DNA of 63,317 nucleotides, the filler included, from Actinomycetota bacterium (lineage in GTDB: Bacteria; Actinomycetota; CADDZG01; JAHWKV01; JAOPZY01), in assembly GCA_025963875.1 (NCBI GenBank). It is 6 parts of 6 records of this genome, joined end to end, with 100 filler letters (N's around TTAATTAATTAA, not from the genome) between each part and the next. Parts side by side here need not be neighbours in the genome. Positions count along the whole stretch, not along the records: positions 51,498 to 58,128 come from JAOPZY010000069.1; positions 58,229 to 63,317 come from JAOPZY010000233.1; 4 more parts are not named here. One strand, given 5' to 3'. Positions 55,410-63,317 of this stretch are shown piece by piece (position 1 is the first letter of the stretch; every line of letters begins with the position of its first letter). The position numbers and the translations under genes are program-made. The notes under the pieces are model-generated. The model searched no databases, was not told where the DNA came from, and was given only the letters and a program-made list of their open reading frames with translations.

Positions 55410-57818
55410 ATGCCCACGATCAAGCCCCTCGGAGGGCACGAACTGCTCCTTCTGATCGTCCAGTTCGGGCTGCTCCTGCTTGTCGCCCGGACGCTCGGCG
55501 AGGTGGCCAAACGTTTCCGCCTGCCCTCGGTCGTCGGAGAGTTGCTTGCCGGTTTCGTTCTTGGCCCCTCATTGCTGGGCACCGTCGCCCCTGGCGCCTT
55601 CCATGCGCTCTTCCCGTCCAAGCCGGAGCAGGTTCATCTCCTGGAGGCCCTGTCGTGGCTGGGGGTGATCATGCTGTTGATCCTCACCGGCCTCGAGACC
55701 GACCTCGACCTGATCGCCCGCAAAGGCAAGGGAGCGCTCGGAATCTCCCTTGGAGGGATCCTCCTGCCGTTCGCGGCGGGAGTCGCTCTGGGCTTCGTGA
55801 TCCCAGGGGAATTCGTGGCTCGGGCGGATCAGCGTTTGGTTTTCGCGCTCTTCGTAGGAACGGCCATGAGCATCTCGGCGATCCCCGTCATCGCCAAGGT
55901 ACTGATGGACATGGACCTCATACGCCGGGACGTCGGCCAGATCACCCTCGCCGCCGGCATGATCGACGACACCATGGGCTGGATCCTGCTGTCGGTCGTC
56001 GCCGGCCTGGCGGCCAGCGGCGTCGTCGACCCCGCATCCGTCGGCAAGTCCATCGCCTCGGTCTTGATTGTCCTTGGCCTGTCCCTGACGGTCGGCCGGC
56101 GCCTGGTCGCGGCCCTCATCCGAGCCGTCGACAATCGGGTCGGCGGCGACATGGCCAAGATCACCACGCTCATGCTGCTGGCCCTCGCCCTCGGATCCCT
56201 CACGCAGTCCCTGGGGCTGGAAGCGGTGCTCGGCGCCTTCATCGCCGGCGTCCTGGTCGGGCGGGTGAAGCGCTTCGACCACCATGTCGCCGAGAATTTC
56301 AAGCTCGTCGCGCTGGGCATCTTCGCCCCCGTGTTCTTCGCCGTCTCCGGGCTGCGCGTGGACCTGGCGCAACTCCTCCATCCCGGGGTGATCCTGGTCG
56401 CCGCCATCGTGCTGGCCGTCGCCATCCTGGGCAAGTTCGCCGGCGTCTACATGGGCGCACGCCTGACCCGGATTGGGCGCTGGGAGGCCCTCTCCCTGGG
56501 GGCCGGGATGAACGCCCGGGGAGCGATGGAGATCATCGTCGCCACGATCGGCCTCAGCCTCGGAATCCTCACGCCGAAGATGTACTCGATCATCCTCCTG
56601 ACGGCGATCGTGACCTCGCTCATGGCCCCACCTCTCCTGCGCTGGACCATCGGCAAGGTGGAGATGGGCGAGGAAGAACGACGGAGGCTGCAGACCGAGG
56701 ACCTCAGGCGGGAGAGCTTCGTCGGCAACCTGAAACGGGTGCTGTTGCTGACGTCAGACGACGGGGCCTCAGACCTTGCGGCCCGGCTGGTCGGGCTCAT
56801 GCTCCGTGGCGAGGATGTGGAGGTCACGACCATGCCGCTCCAGCGCCCTGAGGACGCCGGAGACGACGGCGCGGAGGCCGGGGCCGAGGAGCACCTGGAG
56901 CAGTTGGCGGAATGGCTGAGCCTGGAACCCCACAACGCCCGGACGCTGACACGTTCAGAGGACAGCCAGCGGGACCAGGAAGTCCTCGCCGAGGTGGAGA
57001 AGGGATATGACCTGGTCGTCATCGGGACCGGCGCGCTCAAGTCCAGCGAGCATTCCCTGCGGGAGTCGAACGGAGCCGCCGGCACAGGGCTTCGCCGGTG
57101 GCTTCGGCCATGGGCAACGCGGCGGGAAACGCACGCCCAAGCCCAGGGACCCGCAAACGGGCACCAGGCCCGGCCCCCGGTACCCACCTACGAGAACTCA
57201 CCATTCAAAGGGCCGCTCTTCAGCGAACTGGTCGACGAGCTCATCCACCATGCCCCATGCCCGATTTTCATCGTCACGACGCCGCATTCCGCCGAGGACG
57301 ACCTCCAGGAGGGAGCGGGCAACGATCACGCCGCGAAGCCGGGGGACCCGATCGACCTCCAGCGGGTGCTGCTGCCCGTGTGGGGGTCGCACGGCGTCAG
57401 CTGGGGAGCCGAGATCGCCTTCTCCATCGCCCGCCAGAGCGAGATGGAGGTGGACGTCCTGCACTGGGTCAGCGCGCCCAGGCGGCGACTCCGAGCCGGG
57501 TGGGACGATGCCACCAGGCACGCCGTGGACATCGGTGAGGACCTCGTTGGCAAGGTCGCCGAATTCGGCGAGTGGCTCGAGGCGAGGGTCCGTACCAAGG
57601 TCAGCGTTGCGGAGGTCCCGGAGCAGGCGTGCATCGACCACGCCAAGCGTCATCCCGGCCTGATCGTGCTGGAGAGTACGCGATCGCCGGTCAGGCAGCG
57701 TGCGTTCTTCGGTCACGATGTGGACTACCTCCTGCGCCACGCCCCCTGCCCCGTGGCGCTCATCAGCGCACCGCAGGCGAACCACTCCCGGGTATCGGAT
57801 CCCGTTGCACCGAAATAG
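55410..57818 (+). CDS. cation:proton antiporter (CPA2) with two C-terminal USP-like domains
   Basis: PSVVGELLAG..LGPSLLG, GLETD, SISAIPVIAKVL, MIDD, MNARG; YDLVVIG and LLRHAPCPV USP signatures. Confidence 0.9.
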   Translation: MPTIKPLGGHELLLLIVQFGLLLLVARTLGEVAKRFRLPSVVGELLAGFVLGPSLLGTVAPGAFHALFPSKPEQVHLLEALSWLGVIMLLILTGLETDLDLIARKGKGALGISLGGILLPFAAGVALGFVIPGEFVARADQRLVFALFVGTAMSISAIPVIAKVLMDMDLIRRDVGQITLAAGMIDDTMGWILLSVVAGLAASGVVDPASVGKSIASVLIVLGLSLTVGRRLVAALIRAVDNRVGGDMAKITTLMLLALALGSLTQSLGLEAVLGAFIAGVLVGRVKRFDHHVAENFKLVALGIFAPVFFAVSGLRVDLAQLLHPGVILVAAIVLAVAILGKFAGVYMGARLTRIGRWEALSLGAGMNARGAMEIIVATIGLSLGILTPKMYSIILLTAIVTSLMAPPLLRWTIGKVEMGEEERRRLQTEDLRRESFVGNLKRVLLLTSDDGASDLAARLVGLMLRGEDVEVTTMPLQRPEDAGDDGAEAGAEEHLEQLAEWLSLEPHNARTLTRSEDSQRDQEVLAEVEKGYDLVVIGTGALKSSEHSLRESNGAAGTGLRRWLRPWATRRETHAQAQGPANGHQARPPVPTYENSPFKGPLFSELVDELIHHAPCPIFIVTTPHSAEDDLQEGAGNDHAAKPGDPIDLQRVLLPVWGSHGVSWGAEIAFSIARQSEMEVDVLHWVSAPRRRLRAGWDDATRHAVDIGEDLVGKVAEFGEWLEARVRTKVSVAEVPEQACIDHAKRHPGLIVLESTRSPVRQRAFFGHDVDYLLRHAPCPVALISAPQANHSRVSDPVAPK

Positions 57819-58128
57819 CTTTGGGTGCGGCTCTCGGGAGTGACGAGTCAGTGCTCGGACATTCTCTGAGCATCTGACCGCGCTCTACGCGGTGCAACGC
57901 TCAAAGTCCATATGTCCGGGCGGCCACCCACGAGGCATGACACTCCCTTGGCCTGAACGACCGGTTTGGTCGGAACGGGGGCCCGGAACCCGCTAACCCT
58001 TCGCCACTCCGTTGCCGACAACAGTGATCTGAGACGCGGTTTCCTGTGACGGCGAGCACCCGGGGCGACACCATGGCGATGAGCAGCGGCACGCACACAA
58101 CACCGTCGCGGACGGCAACTGTCGCGCG

Positions 58129-58228
58129 NNNNNNNNNNNNNNNNNNNNNNNNNNNNNNNNNNNNNNNNNNNNTTAATTAATTAANNNNNNNNNNNNNNNN
58201 NNNNNNNNNNNNNNNNNNNNNNNNNNNN
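58129..58228. other. artificial contig spacer
   Basis: N44-TTAATTAATTAA-N44. Confidence 0.99.
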
Positions 58229-58339
58229 ATCCCTGCGGCTTCACGCGACCGAGCACCTTCACCTCCGGGGGAGTCATGAACTACGGTGCTGTGATTCTCC
58301 CCCGCCCAGCCGCCGATCGCGAGCATCGCGGCCGACTTT

Positions 58340-59455
58340 ATGCCGGCTCACCTAGCGAGCCTGGAGCACGCCGGGCACCTCTCTGACGCCCTCGGTCTCG
58401 CCCTCGGCCTCGCGGACGTCTTGATCGCGCAGGGGCGTCTTCGCGGGGCGATGGGCACCTACGGGCGGGGACTGAAAGTTGCGGCCGGGCAAGCGCCGCT
58501 GGTGCTGAGGGGGACGGCGGACATGCACGTCGGCATGAGCGAGCTGCTCTGTGAGCGCAACGATCTCGGCGCCGCCCTGCAACACCTCGCGACCAGCACC
58601 GAGCTCGGCGAACACGCTGGCCTTCCGCAGAACGCGTACCGCTCGCGGGTCGCGCTGGCTCGGATGCGGCAGGCCCAGGGGGATCTGGCCAGCGCGGAGG
58701 ACCTGCTCGACGAAGCGGAGCGTGTGTACACAGGCGACTACTCGCCCGATGTGCGGCCGATCGCGGCCTTGCGGGCACGGGTCCACCTGGCGCAGGGAAA
58801 GGTCGGTGACGCGCTCGCCTGGGCCCATGAACGACACCTCTCACCCACCGACGCCCTCAGCTACGTCCACGAGTTCGAGCACATCACCCTGGCCAGGGCC
58901 CTACTGGCCCGGGACGCCGCGGCGCGCGCCGATGGTCCCCGGTATGAGGCGACCCGACTTTTGGAGCGGCTCCTGGCTGCAGCGAAAGAAGGGCAGCGCA
59001 CGGGAAGGGTCATCGAGATCATGGTGCTGCTGGCGCTCGCCCATCAGGCACGAGCCGACGTCCCTGCCGCGCTTGCATCGCTGGAACCGGCGCTGACGCT
59101 GGCCGAACCGGAGGGCTACGTCCGAGTGTTCCTCGACGAGGGCCTACCCATGACCACCCTGCTTCGCGCCGCCGCACAACACGGGCCAGCTCGTGATTAC
59201 GCCCGCCACCTCCTCGCATCGGACAGCTCGACCGCGCCCAACACGCAGGTCCAACGGGGCTTGGTCGAGCCGCTGAGCGAGCGCGAGCTCCAAGTTCTTC
59301 GGCTGCTGCGGACCGACCTGAGCGGGCCGGATATTGCTCGCGAACTCTTTGTCTCCCTCAACACCATGCGCACCCACACCAAGAACATCTACGTCAAGCT
59401 CGGTGTCAACAACCGCCGGGCTGCGGTCAGCAGGGCCGAGGAACTCGACCTCTAG
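58340..59455 (+). pseudogene. MalT-like LuxR regulator lacking its N-terminal ATPase half
   Basis: TPR region plus LAEPEGYVRVFLDEG and LVEPLSERELQVL..VSLNTMRTHTKNIY HTH; in-frame TGA at 58292, so the truncation is not due to the contig edge. Confidence 0.7.
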
Positions 59456-59590
59456 TCCGCGTTTCGAGTCGAATCGACGCGATCGCCCCAACGTTGCTTT
59501 CCTGGACGGGTCCGGAGGGCGACGGGCCGTCGACCCAGACCTCATCGCGTCGGACCCTCACCGGCTTCGGCGGAGAAATCATCGCGTCCA

Positions 59591-59608
59591 ATCACCACAT
59601 GTGGTGAT
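59591..59608. promoter_or_regulatory. perfect 18-bp palindrome, candidate operator
   Basis: ATCACCACA-TGTGGTGAT plus a half-site TCACCAC ~7 nt downstream; between the LuxR gene and the next gene. Confidence 0.65.
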
Positions 59609-59675
59609 GCCTCCTCACCACGTCGCGTCTTACTTTTGACTCACCGACGAAGAATCCCACAGCGAGGACTCATCC

Positions 59676-59975
59676 ATGCAGGCAAACGACAGCACCAAGG
59701 ACGCAGATCGCGAAGCCTCGGCCGTCGATCAGGACAGCCCCGTGCATTACGAGATCCGTGTCAAGGGGCACCTTGATGCACGTTGGGCGGCCTGGTTCGA
59801 CGGGCTGAGTCTCAGCAACGAGAGCGACGGCACGGCCACCATCAACGGTCCCGTAGTCGACCAAGCCGCACTGCATGGCTTGCTGCAGAGGCTGCGCGAC
59901 GTCGGCGTGCCGCTGGTCTCGGTCACCCCGGTCACCCCGACCCACCCTGATGCACCCGTCATCGATCCGCGATGA
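59676..59975 (+). CDS. conserved small hypothetical protein
   Basis: YEIRVKGHLD.RW..WFDGL...G.VVDQAALHGLL..LRD.G..LVSV. Confidence 0.85.
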   Translation: MQANDSTKDADREASAVDQDSPVHYEIRVKGHLDARWAAWFDGLSLSNESDGTATINGPVVDQAALHGLLQRLRDVGVPLVSVTPVTPTHPDAPVIDPR

Positions 59976-59998
59976 CTCGAACCACGAAAGGAGGCGAC

Positions 59999-60082
59999 AT
60001 GAACACTGACCTCACCCAAGTAGGAAAGCCAGTCCCCGCGGACACCATGAGGAAGACCGCTCTCATCGCGGGCGGCCTCTAG
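59999..60082 (+). pseudogene. N-terminal stub of a second DUF4386-like gene
   Basis: AAGGAGG RBS; MNTDLTQVGKPVPADTMRKTALIAGGL-TAG parallels the DSTRKLAFATGVLF start of the intact gene at 60300. Confidence 0.55.
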
Positions 60083-60299
60083 TGGACGACTACGAATGGG
60101 GTTGCCTCGATGGGCACCCGGTCGGCAGGAACGACATGGGCAACGACCAGGCACGGGAGGCGAGAAGGTTTTTCGGCTCTCCTTGGTCGCACCCGAACGG
60201 GGAAGGAGAGACCAGTTCCTCACAGGTGTACGCCGTGCACCCGGACAGCTGGCCAACACGGGAGCGACCCGTTTTTGACTATGGAGGAAGGGAGTAAGG

Positions 60300-61031
60300 G
60301 TGGACTCAACAAGAAAGCTGGCATTTGCCACGGGGGTACTGTTCATTATTACCTTCGTCGCCTCGATCCCAGCAGCGTTTTCTCTCTACAAGCCTGTGCT
60401 GCACAACGCCAACTACATCATCGGTGCCGGCGCCGACTCGCGGGTGCTCTGGGGTGCGTTCTCCGAGGTGGTGCTTGTCATCGCCAATATCGCCACCGCC
60501 GTCGTACTGTTTCCCCTCCTGAAGCGGCAAAACGAAGGCGTCGCCCTTGGCTACGTCTGCGCTCGCGTCGTTGAATCCATGATCATCGTCGTCGGCATCC
60601 TCAGCCTCCTCTCGATCGTGACCTTGCGGCACGCGGGAGCTACCGGTGCCGAAGCCGCCTCGCTCGTCATCGCCGGCAAGTCGCTGCTCGCGGTCCACAA
60701 GTGGTCGTTTCTGCTCGGCCCGGGCCTCCTTGGGTCCGGATCAACCGGGATGTTGCTTGGCTACTTGATGTACCGGTCCGGCCTCGTGCCTCGGCGCCTG
60801 GCCATCCTGGGGCTCATCGGTGGCCCCCTGGTCGTCGCGTCGGGGATCGCCGTGCTGTTCGGGGCCTACGAGCAAACCTCAACGTTGTCGGGCATCGCGA
60901 CAATCCCGGAGATCCTTTGGGAAGGGGCCGTGCTTGGCATCTATCTCATCGTGAAGGGATTCAAGCCGTCCCCCATCACGTCTGAAAGTGTTCAGCCTCT
61001 CGCCGTGGAAGGGGTATTTTCGCTGCGGTGA
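60300..61031 (+). CDS. DUF4386-family membrane protein
   Basis: ANIATAVVLFPLLKRQNE..ALGYV.AR..E, LLGYLMYRSGLVPR, WE...GIYLIVKGF. Confidence 0.85.
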   Translation: MDSTRKLAFATGVLFIITFVASIPAAFSLYKPVLHNANYIIGAGADSRVLWGAFSEVVLVIANIATAVVLFPLLKRQNEGVALGYVCARVVESMIIVVGILSLLSIVTLRHAGATGAEAASLVIAGKSLLAVHKWSFLLGPGLLGSGSTGMLLGYLMYRSGLVPRRLAILGLIGGPLVVASGIAVLFGAYEQTSTLSGIATIPEILWEGAVLGIYLIVKGFKPSPITSESVQPLAVEGVFSLR

Positions 61032-61193
61032 GGGAATCGGCTCGACCTCTTCAGCCCCTGCGTTGCAGCACGAGGGGTTCAAGAAGACGGGCGAATGGTG
61101 TCAGGGGTCGGCTCGACCGGCCCCTGGCACGCCTCCTTGGGCTCACCGAGAGCCAAGGGACCCGCGACGACAAACGAAGGAGCCATCGTGTCA

Positions 61194-61784
61194 ATGTCCG
61201 CCCCATATCCCGTACAGCTGGAGTTCCACGCCGACCGTCACATCACGCGGTGGCGGCCCCTGGTGCAGTGGCTGCTGGCCATTCCGCACCTGTTGATCGC
61301 ATCTGCACTCCGCTCGCTTCGACAGGTCCTGACGCTGATCAGCCTCTTCACCGTGCTGTTCACGGAGCAGATTCCGCGGCCGCTCTTCGATGCCATCGTC
61401 ATGACCTACCGCTACGAGTGGCGGGCCATGAGCTACGCCTTCTTCATGCACGAGGACTACCCGCCGTTCGACTTCGACGTGTCCTCCGAGGATGACGGGA
61501 TGGAGCCCCACACCTCGCTGAGCCTTGCCTATCCGGAGCACCTCGACCGGTGGAAGCCGCTGTATAAGTGGTTCCTGGCCATTCCCCACGTCTTCGTGCT
61601 GGCCGGCCTCTACATCGTCTCGGTGTTGGGCATCATCGCCGGCTTCTTCGCGGTGCTCTTCACCGGTCAGTACCCGGAGGGCATCCGGGACTTCCTGGTC
61701 AACACCTACCGCTACACGCTCCGCGTCGAGGCCTACGTCGGCTTCCTCACCGATCGCTACCCGCCCTTCAGCCTCGCTGTCTGA
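61194..61784 (+). CDS. DUF4389-family membrane protein
   Basis: two repeats RW.PL..W.LAIPH...VLFT...P..........RY..R...Y......YPPF. Confidence 0.88.
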   Translation: MSAPYPVQLEFHADRHITRWRPLVQWLLAIPHLLIASALRSLRQVLTLISLFTVLFTEQIPRPLFDAIVMTYRYEWRAMSYAFFMHEDYPPFDFDVSSEDDGMEPHTSLSLAYPEHLDRWKPLYKWFLAIPHVFVLAGLYIVSVLGIIAGFFAVLFTGQYPEGIRDFLVNTYRYTLRVEAYVGFLTDRYPPFSLAV

Positions 61785-62058
61785 GCCCGCCGACGGCCGC
61801 CCGTGGGGCCTACACGGGCCATCGCCCGCTCACGTTGTTTCGGCGGCCTTGCTCGCACCCCGCGTTGGGATCTCATCAGATGGTCGCGTCGGATCCCGCG
61901 GCCTGCACTTGGGAGCGAATTTGCTTGGCCGAAGCCTCGTCGGGCGATGCTCATAGTGTTAGTACGCCGATCAGGTGCAGCGGGTTTCGAAGCCGTCGAC
62001 AGTCATTCAGCCACCACGACGTAGCCCGACGGCCGGAGACCAGCACATGCGGGGGCCT

Positions 62059-63317
62059 CTACGAAGGCAGTCCGGTGAGCAACCCCCAATTCCGGCCCCC
62101 GTCGGCGGTCCCCAGGAGGGTGGTTCCCGCATTCTCGTTCCCGAGGGATACCCAGGCCTGAGTCGTGGTCGCGGCCTTCAGGTCCACGTTGTAGCTGGAG
62201 TCCAGGGCGGGCGATGGAGGCAGACCCGCGGCCGTCACGTTGGTCCAGGTCCGACCCCCGTCGGCGGTGACCTCGAACGTGGGAGGGCCGGCACCTCCAT
62301 CGCCCATGACCCACCAGGTCCCAGGGCTGGCGAACGCCACGGATGGGAACGCTCCAATGTCTCCTTGGACGCTGAACGCGGGGGGTGCCTTCAGTGTTCC
62401 CGCCACGCGGACCGTGGACCGGAGCGACCAGGTCCCCCCGGCGTCCTCGGTGCTGTAGAAGGCGACGGTGGCTGAGGTTCCAAGAAGATAGGTCACTGGC
62501 AAGATCCCGGAGGAGGATCCGAAGAAGGCTGGCAAGCCGTAAACCGGAGCAGCAGTCGAGAGAGTTGGCGGGGCGGCCACCGTCATCGGGGTCCAGCTGG
62601 CGCCACCGTTTCGGGTCCGGCATAGAAACGATTGAGGGTGCACGAAGAACCCCGATGCAGAGTCGCCGACCGCGCCAGCCGCCAGAGATCGTCCAGCAAA
62701 CCCGTCCACGGCGTTGGCAAAGACATCCCGGCCCCACGCCCCGAGGCAAGGGGCATTACTCCCCTGACCAGGCACGGTGTGCCACGTGGCGCCAGCGTTC
62801 TGCGTGGTCTCCAGGGAGTCGCTGACATTTGCCCCAGTAGGAAATGTCTGACGCCAGCCGTCCTGCGCATTGGCGAAGCCAATGGCCTGATAGCCCCCGT
62901 TGCTGACCGTGCCCCCACCTGGCTGCTGCACCCACGTGCGGCCACCGTCGGTCGTGTGGTACAGCACGGTGTCGACGGCGCCGCCGTTGCGGCCCAAGAT
63001 CCAGCCGTCGGTTGGCGAAACAAAGGAAGCGTTGTCCCAGTCGACGAGGCATGGCACGCCGTTGTCGCTCTCGGGCGGCGTGATCGGCTGCCAGATCGTG
63101 AAGTCGGTGGTGAGGTAGACCGCGTTCCCACAAGGCGCCGAGGCGCTCGGCGCCTCCACGATCCCCAGGGCGGCACCGAGAAACAAGGGGCGGTCTTGTG
63201 ACCCCTGGGCCGATGTCGCTGGGGTTGAGGCGGTCGGTGTTGGGGTCGTGGGAGCTGACACCAGGGGGCTCGTGAAAGGCAAGGACGACAGGGAGGCAGT
63301 CAGCGGAGTTTTTGTGG
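62059..63317 (-). CDS. secreted BNR/Asp-box beta-propeller protein (Ycf48-like), 5' end outside window
   Basis: repeats TTDGGRTW, TQNAGATW, TRNGGASW, TEDAGGTW, TADGGRTW, TADGGRNW; frame open to window end. Confidence 0.82.
   Translation of the reverse strand, partial: TKTPLTASLSSLPFTSPLVSAPTTPTPTASTPATSAQGSQDRPLFLGAALGIVEAPSASAPCGNAVYLTTDFTIWQPITPPESDNGVPCLVDWDNASFVSPTDGWILGRNGGAVDTVLYHTTDGGRTWVQQPGGGTVSNGGYQAIGFANAQDGWRQTFPTGANVSDSLETTQNAGATWHTVPGQGSNAPCLGAWGRDVFANAVDGFAGRSLAAGAVGDSASGFFVHPQSFLCRTRNGGASWTPMTVAAPPTLSTAAPVYGLPAFFGSSSGILPVTYLLGTSATVAFYSTEDAGGTWSLRSTVRVAGTLKAPPAFSVQGDIGAFPSVAFASPGTWWVMGDGGAGPPTFEVTADGGRTWTNVTAAGLPPSPALDSSYNVDLKAATTTQAWVSLGNENAGTTLLGTADGGRNWGLLTGLPS

Overview
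High-GC actinobacterial DNA, probably a deep-branching lineage (inferred from RNase Y, DapL, BldC, an F420 LLM enzyme and CysO/Mec/CysM). The window is six unlinked contig pieces joined by 100-nt N spacers carrying a TTAATTAATTAA linker, so synteny holds only within a piece. Piece 1 (1-15868): selD with an in-frame UGA (Sec) and SECIS, then mec-VOC-cysO-cysM-murI-MBL hydrolase; ABC1 kinase, cobO, leuS, bldC-like; an unannotated 32-aa peptide gene divergent from a membrane sensor kinase/NarL pair; a CDF transporter; the hisS end. Piece 2: GAF kinase, LAL regulator, hydrolase, and a REC/kinase-REC-HEAT-GT2 operon whose GT2 is fused to a degenerate GGDEF domain. Piece 3: formate dehydrogenase/NrfD, gene relics, KimA-like permease, F420 oxidoreductase. 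Piece 4: nrdJ, lysM, lexA, hflX, dapL, dapF, miaA, miaB, rny, recX. Pieces 5-6: transporters, a truncated MalT-like regulator with DUF4386/DUF4389 genes, and a BNR-repeat protein. Best leads: (i) selD coupled to the CysO sulfur-carrier pathway, (ii) a candidate peptide-pheromone two-component system, (iii) the GT2::dead-GGDEF fusion, (iv) a 42-codon AT3-rich patch over the NrdJ catalytic/intein-hotspot site, (v) a family of ~50-bp imperfect intergenic palindromes, (vi) DapF with both catalytic Cys replaced by Ser. No rRNA, tRNA, CRISPR array or intact transposase was recognised. All family calls come from motif recognition; no database searches were run.
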